The position numbers were made by a program, and so were the translations under genes. DNA of 57,535 nt from Prorocentrum cordatum (lineage: Eukaryota): positions 62,001 to 119,535 of the forward strand of contig CAUYUJ010000017.1 of assembly GCA_963575745.1 (NCBI GenBank), given 5' to 3'. Positions 33,820-46,157 of this stretch are shown here, one piece after another. The notes under the pieces were generated by a model, which searched no databases, was not told the origin of the DNA, and saw nothing but the letters and a program-made list of their open reading frames with translations. The first letter of the stretch is position 1. The number at the start of each line of letters is the position of its first letter.

Positions 33820-33919
33820 NNNNNNNNNNNNNNNNNNNNNNNNNNNNNNNNNNNNNNNNNNNNNNNNNNNNNNNNNNNNNNNNNNNNNNNNNNNNNNNNN
33901 NNNNNNNNNNNNNNNNNNN
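33820..33919. other. Assembly gap (100 N)
   Basis: Run of N immediately after a (GGA)n tract. Confidence 1.
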
Positions 33920-34179
33920 GACACTGCGGGGCCCGAGGACGGACTGCACGCAGGCAGGGCGGCTGCATTCCAGCATGGAGCGCTCTCCCTCTCTCTCTGT
34001 CTCTCCCTCTTTCTCTCTCTGTCTCTCACTCTCTCTCCCCCTCTGTCTCTCACTCTCTCTCCCTCTCTCTCTCTCTCGAGAGAGAGAGAGAGATGAGAGT
34101 CAGGGAGGAGGGGGAGGAGGAGGAGGAGGAGGAGGAGGAGGAGGAGGAGGGAGGCGGAGAGGAGGAGGAGGAGGAAGGA

Positions 34180-34210
<31 letters not shown>

Positions 34211-35068
34211 GAGGAAGCCTGAGGGAGGGGGGGAGGAGGAGAGGAGAGGAGAGAGGAGGAGGTGAGGAGGAGGGAGGAGGAGGAGGGGGAGGAGAGAAGA
34301 GAGATGAGGGGGAGAGAGAGGAGAAAAAAAAGAAAAGAGAGAGAGAGAGAGAGGAGAGAGAAGAGAACCACGCACGGCAAAAGAGAGAGGACTGCGCACG
34401 GCAGGCATAAGCCGCGAGCTTCCAGCGCTCAGGGCGCCGCTGCGCGGGTGGAGGGCCTCCTCCTCCTCCTCCCCCCTCCTCCTGCCTCCCCTCCTCCTCC
34501 TCCTCCTCCTCCTCTCTCCTCTCCTCCTCCTATCCTGCCCTCCCCCCCCTCCCCCCTCCTCCTCTCCTCCGCCCTTTATACTCCCCCTCCTCCTTCCCCC
34601 TCCTCCTCCTCCTCCTCCTCCTCCTCCTCCTCGTCCCTCCTCGCCCTCTCCTGCGTATGGTCAGCACGGGGCTCCCGTGCGCGCCGGAAGAGCGGGGGCA
34701 AGAGCAAGGGATCGAGTGCCCGGTCGGAGCGGAGCCCTCGCCCGAGCGGCAGGCCCGTGGGATGCTGGTCCTTTGGAGAGGGCGCCTCGCGGAGCGGCGA
34801 AGGAGGCGCGGAGCGGCCTGTGAGGAGGGGAGCCCCGGGGACGGGAAGGCGTGCTGCAGCATCGCTGATGCATCCTGGACTTGCTCAGGCCCTCCTCCTC
34901 CTCCTCCGTCTCCTCCTCCTCCTCATTCCTCGTCGTCCTCTCCTATCCATCCTCTCCTCTCTTCCTCCTCCTCCTCCTCCTCCTCCTCCTCCTCCTCCTC
35001 CTCGTCCCTCCTCGCCCTCTCCTGCGCATCGCCCTCCCCTCCTCATCGGGGAACGAGCACTGGAAGAA

Positions 35069-35234
35069 ACGTATACGTTCGGACGTCCGCGCAGGTGTCT
35101 CCGATCGGCGCTGGACCCCCCCCCCCTCCCAAGTGCACGGAGCGCGGCGCCACATGTGCGGCGCCGGAGGCGCCGCCAGGGGGGGCCCGGCGCCGACTCG
35201 CGAGCTCCGCGCGGAACTCCACTCGTTTGGTGTT
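35069..35234. mobile_element. MITE-like family C, diverged copy
   Basis: GCGCTGGACCCCCC...GGAGCGCG...TCCGCGCGGAACTCC. Confidence 0.55.
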
Positions 35235-35254
35235 GGATGTTCCTCCCTCTCCTT

Positions 35255-35372
35255 TAGGGGGCCACTTGCGAGGTGGGGTTCACGTAATTCAGGAGCTCCC
35301 GAGCGAAGTGAACCCCACCCTCCCCCTCAGAAAACGTGAAGGGTAGGGGTAGGGTTCGCAAGTGGCCCCCTA
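35255..35372. mobile_element. MITE-like family K: perfect 15-bp TIR GGGGGCCACTTGCGA flanked by TA
   Basis: TA|GGGGGCCACTTGCGA ... TCGCAAGTGGCCCCC|TA, with inner IR GGTGGGGTTCAC / GTGAACCCCACC. Confidence 0.8.
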
Positions 35373-35606
35373 TCCCTCCCAACTCCCTCCCTCCTGCGGG
35401 CAGGTCTTACATCCACACCCAGCGCGTCTCTGAGTTGCTGGGGCGTGGTGCAAGAAGTCTGAGGCTCAGTGGAGATGGATAAAACGCTAGCCTCTCGGGG
35501 CAGGATTCTTATCAATATCCACTGCGCCACTGGTGCCAGGGGAAAGGAGCCCGAAGCTCCAAGACGCAGCGGATATGGATATACTAGAATAAGGAAAGCG
35601 TCATGC

Positions 35607-35763
35607 ACATAAACTGTTGGAGGTTTTCGCGGATGTCTTGTATCTGCGCTCAACCCCCTCCCTGGTGCGCGGAGCGCGCCAAGGGCGGCGCCAGAGTCGC
35701 TGCCGGGGGGCCCAGCGCCGATCCAAGACATCCGCGCGGAACTCCGAACATGTATGTTTATGT
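35607..35763. mobile_element. MITE-like family C copy
   Basis: ACATAAAC ... GTTTATGT ends; core CCTGGTGCGCGGAGCGCGCCA. Confidence 0.7.
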
Positions 35764-35814
35764 CGTGTCTGTTTCTTCGATGTGAATATTGCCCGCACCC
35801 CCGCATCTTCCCCA

Positions 35815-36002
35815 ATCGGCGATCGAAACGAATCGGATCGGAAGACATCAGCAGCCAAGTCGGGAGAAGTCGAATCGGCGGAAATCGGTAGGCCAATGAG
35901 GCCTCTATCGAGGCACCGACATCCAAATCGGAATCCGAAACCGAATCCAATCGGAATCGGAATCGATCGATAACGAATATAGTCGAGCCGGAAACATCGA
36001 AT
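35815..36002 (+). repeat. Degenerate (AATCGG)n tract
   Basis: Recurrent ATCGG and AATCGA. Confidence 0.7.
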
Positions 36003-36206
36003 GGTCAACGACTCTGGATGGTATGGTTTGCAAAGGGTGTGGCCTGCAACCGGCACTCTGGGTGGCACCCTGGGGGGCGGGCGGGGAACTCGATGGACTT
36101 CTCCGCCGCGCCCCGAGGAACCCCGAGGACATCAGCGTCGTACCCCCAGGCCCCAACGCCGCCGATCGCAAACCACACCCCAGCGTAACCACACCCTTTG
36201 TAGTCG

Positions 36207-36373
36207 CGGCGCGCACAAAGGGGTATGGGGAGGGGGAAAGGTTCCTTAAAAGGAGGCTGCGTCTTAGAAGGTGCCGGCCCTACATCTATAGGTAAGGCCC
36301 GCGCCTTCTAAAAAGCAAAAGTGTTCCTAAGAAGCCTTCCCCTCCTCCATCCCCCTGCCCCCCCGCGCGTGGC
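36207..36373. mobile_element. MITE-like family E copy
   Basis: Homologous to 21377-21535. Confidence 0.65.
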
Positions 36374-36535
36374 TGATCGTGTGGCATCTCTGAAACTTTC
36401 CCTGGTGGTCTTCGGCGCATCCCGCCCTGCACCCAGAGGGCCGCGCCCAGCGTGCCGTCCATCGGCTCTCTTGCCCAGGATAATTAGCCCCATGATGGTG
36501 CCAAGTGGGCCACGATGACCCTCGATGGCCTCCAA

Positions 36536-36717
36536 TACAGTCGGAGCGTTGACCTAAGGAACCCTAAATCAGGAACGCGGCCCTTATTTTCCATGAGTTA
36601 CACTTCGATCTCATATCGAAAACCGAAGGACAACCTCAGGCAAGCTGCGAAACAATTCAGGCACACGGGCCCCCTCCCCCCAACGAAAAGGGTTCCTTCT
36701 TCGGCTCCCCGACCGTG
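36536..36717. mobile_element. MITE-like family D copy
   Basis: Shares CCTAAGGAACCCTAAAT.AGGAACG, AGGCAAGCTGCGAAACA and CAACGAAAAG..TTCCTTCTTC with 9465-9643. Confidence 0.7.
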
Positions 36718-37289
36718 CAATCACCAGACGCCCGCCCGCCCGCCCGCAGTCCTCCCGCCGTGACGCGGGGCGGCCACCTCGCCGCCGGCACGCCCACGCG
36801 CCCAAACGCCGCGGGGCCCGCGGCCGCCGCTCGGCCGCCGCGGCCCCCAAGTGCCGGGCGCCCCTCCAACGCCCTCCAGCGCCCAGAGGAGGAGGAGGAG
36901 GAGGAGGAGGAGGAGGAGGAGGAGGAGGAGGAGGAAGAGGAGGAGGAGGAGGGGGAGGAGGAGGAGGAGGAGGAGGAGGAGGAGGAGGAGGAGGAGGAGG
37001 AAAGAGGAGGAGGAGGAGGAGGAGGCGGAGGGGAGGGGGAGGAGGACAAGCTAGGTGCGTTCGCGTCATATCTGACATCATACCCCTCCCTCCCATCCCT
37101 TACCATGGCGCAGATCCCCTCTCTACTCGCACAGTCGGATGTCGAGAAGGGGAATGATCCCGAAAGGGTTTGCGATGCATTGTAGAGCACGGCATGGCAT
37201 GGCGTGGAAGAGCACCGCGGAGCGTAGTATCAACCTAGCATTGCATTGCATGCCGTGGCATGGCACGGGAAATGACGCCAACGCTGCAG

Positions 37290-37826
37290 CGGGAGCACGA
37301 GTCGAAACGAGCGGAAGCGCGGAAATGAGGCCAGCGCGGCAGCGGGAGCACGATTCGGAACGAGCGGAAGCACGCCGGAATCGGCCTGGGGGGCGTCCCG
37401 GGCGCCAGAAACAGAAATTCATCATTTTCAAAAGAAAAATGTGTTTTGGAATGGCCTTTTTCGGCGCCGCCTCGGAGCTCGATTCTCCGGCGCCAGCCGG
37501 AACCGGCTCCGGACCCGGCCCGCGGGCGCCGGCCCGGGCGCCGGCATTGGGCGTCCGGCCCGGGCGCCGGCTCGGGCGCCGGCCCGGGCGTCGGAATCGG
37601 CCCGGGAGGCATCCTGGGCGCCGGAGGCAGAACATCGTTTTCAAAAGAAAAATGTGTATGAGAATGGCCTTTTCTTCGGCGCCGCAACTCGATTTTCCGG
37701 CGGCGGCCAGAACCGGCTCCGGACCCGGCCCGAGCGCCGGCCCGGGCGCCGGCTCGGGCGTGCAGCCCGGGCGCCGGCGGAAATAATGCCAGCGCTGCAG
37801 CGGGAGCACGATTCGGAACGAGCGGG
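37290..37826 (+). repeat. Internally duplicated repeat with a ~212-bp unit
   Basis: TTTTCAAAAGAAAAATGTGT..GAATGGCCTTTT...GAACCGGCTCCGGACCCGGCCCG occurs twice; GCGGGAGCACGA.TCG.AACGAGCGG occurs three times. Confidence 0.85.
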
Positions 37827-38403
37827 GCCCGAAAATGAGGCCGGCGCCTCAGCGAGAGCAGCATTTTGGAAACAAATGCAAGCAAAAACCCAACTCCGGG
37901 GAAACCTGTATAAAAAACAGTACGCGGGGGGGGGTCGGATATTTTCAAGCCGTCATCAGGGGAAGTGGGAGGAGGAGGAGGAGGAGGAGGAGGAGGAGGA
38001 GGAAGAGGAGGAGGAGGGAGGAGGGGGAGGAGGAGGAGGAGGGGGAAGAAGGAGGAGGAGGAGGAGGAGGAGGAGGAGGAGGAGGAGGAGGAGGAGGAGG
38101 AGGAGGGGGAGAAGGAGCATTCGCCTCGACTTGTCGCCGCGCCATTTGTGCCCCGCTTCACCAGAGAGGCTGCCTCCTTACAGTGCTGTCAGGACCACCT
38201 TAGGGGCCCCTTGAGGACAGGGGTGGCGGCCCTTGGAAATACGAATGAGATTCTGAAGGCCCTCTCCAGTCCTGACTCCCGAACAAGCCCTGGACACATG
38301 ACGCCCGTCAGTCGTGGCTGTAAAAGCAAATTCATGTACAGCCGCAGGCATGGCTCCTGCCAGTGCCAGAGCTGGTGACTGGCGCCCTGCCTTACAGCGC
38401 CCA

Positions 38404-38407
<4 letters not shown>

Positions 38408-38464
<57 letters not shown>
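38408..38464. repeat. (AT)n microsatellite
   Basis: Direct inspection; similar tracts at 39127-39203 and 46850-46880. Confidence 0.95.
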
Positions 38465-38466
<2 letters not shown>

Positions 38467-39129
38467 GTATTCGGCAGAGCCCGCGGATGGCCCCAAATGG
38501 TATCCCGACGTCGCATTTCCATCGTCGGCAGGACTGGCAGGATGCACGTGGCCGAGCATGCCACGCGCGCGGGGCCGCGCAAACCTGAAGCTTCCGTCCT
38601 GGAGCACGCGCAAGCAATCCGCGGCATGCTGATATGAGCCAGCCGCGCGGCTCTCGAAGCAGGCACTGACATGGCGAGTCAGCGCCAGAGGGTTTTCGTC
38701 GCTAGAAATACGCAAGTATTCGGTGCACCGGGTTTGGTGGGTGTATACCTCGTCTTCTTGAAACATGTGTTATAGTTTTGCTCGGGTGTATAAATTTCTG
38801 GGTGGGTGTATACTTCGCTTGGGCGGGCGTACATCATGTTTTTTTGTTGGTATACACCCGCTGTCCCGCGGCAAAGCGAAACGCCTAGGGAAATGCCGCG
38901 GATTCGCGAGGGCCGGTCCCGCCCGTGCAGACGAGCACGAGCATCATCGATGCTGGCGGCGACCTGCATGGCCGCGTGCGGTCGGCGGGATCGCTGGGCC
39001 CCCGCGAAGGCGGCCTCCGCGAAGCGTCGGCAACTCGTCGAAGACGCCCCCTGCGACCCCCCGAAGTCGGCATATTTGGGCCCCGAGGCAAATGTCGCGC
39101 CACGGGGAATGAATGAATAGATCGATCTA

Positions 39130-39192
<63 letters not shown>

Positions 39193-39349
39193 ATATCTAT
39201 CTATGTGTGTGTTGCCATCTGTATTGCGGGGTGGGCGTCGTAATCTTTGGTACCGCGCCCCCCCCCCCCCCCCCCCCCGTCCCCGCACCCGCGCCTCCCC
39301 GACGTCGGCGCAAATGGGCCCCAACCATTTTCGATGAAACGAGAGAGGA

Positions 39350-42300
39350 GCAGAGGGGTAGGCGCAGGGCCTGGAGCAGGCGGCGTCGAGGCTGGCAGCA
39401 GTGACCAGCTCGCCGCAGTTCCTGCATCTCCACCTGCCCCCCGAGCAGGCGAAGGAGCGGGTGGAGGTCGCAAGCGCCCGAGACCGCCGCGAGAGGCGGA
39501 GGCGCGCCCAGGGCGACCCGCCGAGACATGGACCTTTCTGGGCCCAGCCCCGCGATCGCGTCTCCCGCGCCGCGTCTCCGCCATCGCGGGCTCTGGGGGC
39601 AATGCCCCCCAGAGCCCCCCAGAGCCGCCCTCAAGAACAACAGTGGTCCAAGGGAGATGGGGGCTCGCGACCGCCGCCCAGGGGCCCCCGCGGAGAGGCA
39701 GACCTTCCGTAGAAACCTCGGACTCATGGAGCGACGGAATGGCACGATTCTCTGGCGGTGCCCCGCGTGCCACATGTTCTCGGGGCGCGCCCGTGCCCTG
39801 CGCTTGAGCGCCTCGGGGGCCAGTCGTCACTGCCCGCGCGCGACGTCAGCGACATTGCCGCGGCCTCGCTGTCTATCTCGGGCCCGCGGCCCTCCGGCAC
39901 ATGTCACGACTGTGGTGCCCCGAGCCTCCGCGTCGTACTGCTGGCCGAACTTCCTGAATTCAAATGGCGCTTGACAGAGATCAGCGCCGTCGCGGAGATC
40001 GCCTGCACCCTTCAAGCAGCGAAATTATTGCCCGCGGCCGAAGACGCACATCAATAACGGATTCGCCAACGCTGGCCTCGAGATCAACTCGCGCGAGCTC
40101 CCGAGTGCCATGCCAAGGGGAAATGCAAATCAAAGGTGCCGTCTGGCACTTGGCGCATGCGCAGGCGTCGGGCAACTCCATCCGCCACCCAGCAACGCGA
40201 CGATAAGTGCCGACGCAAGCCCTGTGACTCTTCGCCGCCGGACCTTCTCATTCGTCTGGGCGTGAGCCAACGTAGCTGACCAGCGGTCGCATGCGTCTCT
40301 GGGTGCTGAAGCCACGCCGCGAGCCATTCCCAGACCATGCGCCGAGGCAGTTCCAGCCCTGGGCCCAGGAATTGTTTCAGAGCTTGCAGGACCGCGGTCA
40401 CGCACTTGCCTCTCTTCGTTCCTGCACCGCGGCGGCGGCCCGTCGTCTGACCTGAAGTAGACGGCCAGGCGGCGATCAAGGTACTTGACGGCCGTGAGCT
40501 CCTCTCGGTCGTCCACTGGCTGCCCCGAGCGATTGACAGCGTGCATGAATTTCGGGGCCTAGCCGCCGTGGCCAAAGAACTCGCCACTGCCTGCGTCGCG
40601 CTGCTAGATGCAGCCGTCGTGCTCGCCTGCAATCAGGGGGCCGGCCTGCCACCGCGTCGATGCCGAGATCTGGGGCGCCAGTAGCGCTGCGCATCTCCGC
40701 GCGGCGCTTGCCAAAATACTTCGGGGAGCTGATGAGCTCCGTCTTGCCCGAAACCACCAAACTGCTTCCTTGGGGCGTGCCCTCGAACTCCTTCGCCGCG
40801 ATGCGCGCCGCGCAGAGGGCTGGCAACCGCTCCATCAACGCAGGCAGCCAGCACCGGCTCAGGGGCAAGGCGATGAACTCGGTCAAGAACGGGACCGAAG
40901 AACGACTTCGCAAGCTGCGCCCCACGAGGGGCCCCCGCCACAATCGACTTGGCTACCTGGGTCATCTCACCCGCCCAGCCCGTGAACTTCGGGAAGCGCG
41001 GAGAAGCGCGCATCCGCGCCTCCATCAGCACAGTCACCGAGGGGTAACCCGGTGAGCGCCGCCTCCATGAATAAACGCCAAGAGACGCCCCCATGCAATT
41101 TCTCAAAATAAAAATCCAGCCGCGAGATGCCTGCACCAACCTCATCGCAGAGAGCGCGCGCAATAGTCCCGCGCTCTATGCCGACCTCCCAGGGCCGTGT
41201 CCCAGAAGGCGCCGGGGCTGGTTGGCCACGCAGAAGCAGGGCCCGCTCGGGCATGACCCCAGACTTCCCCCGCCATGGCTAATAACCCAAGAGCGCGATC
41301 TCCACCTCGAGGGTTGACTTCGAAGGCCTCGATCGCAGCGCGAATCTGCCTGGGTCGCGCCCCTGCCTGTTCCGCCTGATTGTTTGCATATGGAAAATAT
41401 ATGCGAAAACTCGTCGGTCCTCAGTCGGTAAACGCGCGACGCAACTGACGCTCGGGCCGCCGAGGTCCTTGGCCTTCCGGGCAGACGCGCGGCCCATAGC
41501 TTCGTTGGCGTCGCCCGCCACGAGCCAAGGGCGCGCTTCGCGCCGAGCTCGACCATGGCGGCGATAAGTAGCAGCAGCGATATCGTCCGAGGTGTCCACT
41601 GTATCAGTCCATGCTTGTGACTGTCATGCCGCGTGAGCGCGCGTAATCTGGTCGGGACCCACTAGACCCTCAACCTGCTGCGCGCCCAGAAGCTTGCGCT
41701 TCGTGCGCTTGCGAAATTGACCAGGGAAGGTAGCCCGCGTCTTGTCGATCCACTTGGCGAACTTCAGCTGGCCTTGAAGAAAGGCTCGGACCTCCGCCCC
41801 AGTGGCGAGGCGTTCTGTGAGCCGCGAGGGGGGGCCCGGAGAGTCCATGAAAATGGCAGACGCGTGCGGCCCAGGGTCTGCCGCGCACTCAGGCCTCTCT
41901 TCTGGTCCAGAAGCATGGCTGTGATTCCACTCGCCTGCGATCGCGGCGACGTTAAAATCCGCGTCCGCACCCGTGGCCGCGGGGACCCCGACCGTCCAGC
42001 CTCTGGGGGAAAGGGGGATGGCACCACTGGCGACGGTGCCTTTTCCCCCCCTGCAATGCCGGCGCAAATGCCAAAAGGGGGCAAAATCGACGAGGAGGAC
42101 CCCGAAATCTGCGAAGGAGCAACCCTCTGCCGTGACAGCGACGCAAAGGATGTTCCTCTTGAGTCCTGCGATGCCGAAGGCGACGTCGGAGCCGAGCGAG
42201 ATAGCCTGCGCGACGCAGTCGGCAACGACGAAATCGGCGCCAGACTCGACGATGACGTGCTTGACGCCCCCGTTGCGGCGCTGTTGCGATCCCGCCCCCC

Positions 42301-45030
42301 AGCGATTCCCCAGTTCTGGAGACTGCCTCGCCGTCTCCTGCCCCGAGTGAGCACGCCGCCTCTAGCGGCGAACTTCCCGGCGCGGGACTCTCGAGGCACT
42401 GCGACATGACAGATGTTTTTTTTATGGTCTCGGGGCCGGCGAGCTTACCGCCTAAGACCTTTGAAGCCGTTGGCGCTGCCATCGCCGACGGAGTAGCCGA
42501 TGGCGAGCTGGGCGTCGCGCGACGCTGAAGCATGCCAACAGGCAAACCCAATGGCACTTCAGACCATGGGCAGCGAACGTACGAAGGGGCATGCGCGACG
42601 AGCTTCGCAATGCCTGGGCCCAGATCGGAGCGCGGGTCAGCCGCGAGGTTGCGATCGGGCAAGTTCGAGGGCCCAGGGGGCTCAAATTGAGCCGCGTCCG
42701 AGGTGCGCGAAAGAACCGCGCGCCACGCATTCGCAGCGATGCCGAGAAAGCGAACGCACATCTGCAATCGTGGCTTCGTGTCCTCACTGCCGCGCTCGCC
42801 GGAGCCACCTTCCAACTTGGCCTGCTCGATGCGCGGGGCAATGCCTGACATGCGCTCGGGAGGGATGCCCTGCATTCTGAAGTACGCCTGCAGCCAAGTC
42901 CTGCAGCGGGTTGAGAAGTCGCGAAGGATGCCCTGCATTGCGAAGTATGCCTGCAGCCAAGACCCGCGGCAGGACCTGGCTGACATGCGATTGAGAAGAG
43001 CGCCTGGAGTTCGCGAGCTTCGCAACGCCGTCGCCGCGCCCCCGGGCCCTGGGACCCAGGTCCTTCTCCTGGGACGCGACGGGGCCCCCTGAACGACGAA
43101 GATGGATTTCAGGAGCGGGGCGACGCGCGAACTCCAGGCCCGCCCCCAAGGCGCGGCGCGCGACCCCCCCCCCCGACCCCGCAAATCAGACCCCGCCCGT
43201 GGCAGGACATAGAAACCTGGGGCCTCGCGCGCGCCCTGCGTCTCCGATGCGTTGTCCACGCCCTCGAAGGCCTCCTGGGGCGCCGCTGGGGCCGTGGACC
43301 TCCGAGCCTCACCCTCACCCCACTTCTTCGCGCGATGGCGATCTTCTTGGAGCCGTGCTCTGGGTTTGTCACGTTGAGGCAGCGGCCGAATGAGTTGGTT
43401 AGAGCGATGCCGCATTTTTCTACGATGGCCTTTGGGGGCATGGCGGAACCTTCTGTTTGGCGACCATGGAACGTCCAAGGCAGCTGCGACAGCAACTCGA
43501 TCGTGAACTCCTTGCTTGGCTTGCACATAATCGCAAACACTTTCTTTGGCGCCTTGAGAACATGAGGCTTCGACTCTGTCTGGCGCAATCCCTTCGGCCT
43601 GGAGCTAGCTGACCCGCTGAAAACAATGCATATTTGAGATGCGCAGTCTGAAGGGCCCGAGAGCGCGCAACACGTCCCCGCTCTTCCGCATAACTCCCAC
43701 ACCTCGAAGCAAGTGAGTGGAGATAAGCACCCAGTTACCAGACTACAAATACCAAACCACGTGGCCAAAGCCCCGAAACTACGGCTTCTTCCCATGCTGC
43801 GGGGCTTCAACCGGAAGATACTCCAACGAAGTAGCAGCAATTTGAGAGCGCGAAAGGAACCCAGTCGCACGCCGAGAATTCAGCGCTCTTGCGAAACGCC
43901 GGCGTAGCTGATCAACTCCAGCCGTCCTTGGCTAGAAGATGCTCTGCATGAGAGACGGGCGCCTCTTCGACGTGAGTCTCAGGGCGCGACGACCTTGTAG
44001 GCATCTTTGATAATGCGAAGGCAGCGGGCCGCCTGAAGGCCACATTGCGCAACGCTGGCAAATAATAGCTCTTCGTCAAAAGTGCAGCTCATCGCCTGCG
44101 CCTCCACCTCTGCCTGGGCCTTTTGACGGCGGCGCCGCGAGGAGTAAAGCTTCCGCCAGCTGCGCGAACCAAGCGAAGACCTTCTTTGGCTGCCTCCAAG
44201 GCCGCGGGCTTGCCGCTGGCTGCGAGCTGCGCCGCCTGGACGGAGGCCTCCTCGGCAGCCTTGATGGCTGCAGTCTTCTGGCCGCTGGAGAACACCCCAG
44301 GCGGAGCCGAAGCTGCGGCAGCATCGAGGCGGGCCTTGGGTGCTGCAGGTCCTCGTGCGGCTCAGGGGGAGGTGCCTTCTGTTCACCAGCTGGTACTGGT
44401 TCTCCTGTATGTCCCTTGCGCTTCTTACTGGCTGGGGCCTCCACCGCATTCTTGATACACACAAGCAGCTTCTCGAACCGTTCCTGGCCCGACAACGCCT
44501 CTAGGCGATGCCGTTGAAGTTATTGTTGCCATTGCCGTAGCTCTTCTGGACCGACGCGTCATACTGGTCAAGATCTGCGAGCATGGACTCATCAACTGCG
44601 AAGACGACCCCGTCGCATCTGGCTCGCGGCCCTAACTTGACAGAGAGATTCGCGCGCTTCCTGGGGACGATGCGCTCCTGATCCGCCGTGCAGGCCACCT
44701 CTCACTGCTTCTCGTGCTGCCTCGACATCCTCGAGGCATTGCTTGGCAACGAACAGCTTGTTGGCCAACTTGATGAATTTCTATGATTCACGCATGGCTT
44801 CCGTGTGGGCGGCGTCCACGCGCTGCTTCGCCGCCTGAGTGTGGTGGACGGCCTCCTGCTGCTGCTGCTGCTGATGCTGCTGCTGCTGCTGTTGCTGTTT
44901 CTTGCCTTTCCCAACCTTCCTGATCTCTTCCTGAAGTGCCTTCGCAGCCGCTGTCTGCAGGAGGGCCTGGGGCAGGAAGGCGAGGACCGCCGCTGCCGAC
45001 TCCTTCTATTTGGGCGCCTTTGCATGCCAT
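39350..45030 (-). mobile_element. Decayed, nearly full-length non-LTR (LINE-type) retrotransposon: coiled-coil ORF1, APE-like endonuclease, RT and Cys-rich C-terminus
   Basis: Motifs in collinear order on minus: Ala/Glu/Gln-rich helical region (about 45000-44100); LFASVAQCG...ETH (43980-43972); KAKDLGG..VARLP (about 41470); KSIVAG..LAKSFFGPVLDRVH...CVDG (40842-40831, eroded YxDD); KTELIS, DLGIDA; VTGLASALIVALLGGGW; WRCRNC (about 39430). Many stops and frameshifts. Confidence 0.8.
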
Positions 45031-45625
45031 GGGACTTGGTACCCCCCCCCCCTCGCCCGCAGAAGGGGATGGCGGGTCCACGGGCTCCCGGTAATTAGTT
45101 CCGGGCCGAATTCGGTGGGATCTGGGTTCCTGGGCTCCTGGGTTCCCGGTCGATGTCCCCGGCGAGAGCCTCCACTGATTCGGGTTCTCCTTTGGTGAAA
45201 TTGTTGGTTTAGCTGCCACGGCGACGCGAGAGAGCGCGGGGGGTGCCTCGCACAAGGGGTGGGCCACTGTTCGGCTCTGGTCCAGGCGGGCGGACCGAAC
45301 GTGGAAGGCTGCCGCGGGCCAGCGGTATCCACCTGTTCCGTAGGGGAACTCATCGCCTTGAACCGATATGGCTATAGGAGGAGGAGGAGGAGGAGGAGGA
45401 GGAGGAGGAGGAGGAGGAGCAGCAGGAGGAGGAGCAGCAGGAGGAGGAGGAGCTGAAGGAGAGAGAGGCAAGGAAGGAGAAGGGAAGAGGGAGGACGAAA
45501 GGATGGAGGATGGAGGAGGAGGGAGAGCAGGAGGAGGGAAGGACAGAGGATGAGGGCAACAGCGCTGCGCCCTGCACAAGGAGGGGAGAGGAGGGAGAGG
45601 ATGAGGAGGCGGAGGAGGAGGGACA

Positions 45626-46157
45626 GACCAGTGCAAACCCAAGCCTCATCGACGATGTTGCAGTAAACCCTCACTCCAAGCTCCTTCTTAATAGGCCCCT
45701 ACAAATAAATTTCTACTGCAGGACGAGCCCCGTTGGAAGACAATCGTCTGGAAATCTTCAACCGCGCAAGAAGAACCATTCCTGGGACTTCGACGCCGCG
45801 AATCAACGTTACATTCAAAACCTGACGGTCCTAAATCGTGACAGTATGCCGTTCCTGGGTCGTCAGCACCGCAAATCAAGATGACCGTCGCGCCCTGATA
45901 ATCTTGAAGCATGCCAGAACACTTCCGTGACGTCAACCATGGGGATACGTGAAGCGGCTGTACTCTGTTAAAGCGAATGTGCGTGGCGCTGAAGCGAGAG
46001 CCACATAATGAAAACCACCCGCCCTCTATCCGTGACCTCCTGCAGATTTATAACACGAATGTGCGCGGCACTACGGCGAGAACCAAATTTTGAAAACCAT
46101 CCGCCAGCCATCCGCGAAACTCTTGCAACTGTTTCAGACGGATGTGCGCAGCGCTAG
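45626..46157 (+). repeat. Family F composite repeat: ~320-bp head plus ~3 tandem units, directly after a GGA-rich tract
   Basis: Head CATCGACGATGTTG...CTCCAAGCTCC.TCTT.ATAGGCC matches the inverted copies at 54260-54490 and 54910-55238. Confidence 0.75.

Noticed and set aside
41952..43526. Intact 524-aa gene
   Set aside because: It lies within the frameshifted LINE relic, has low-information composition and shows no coherent domain.
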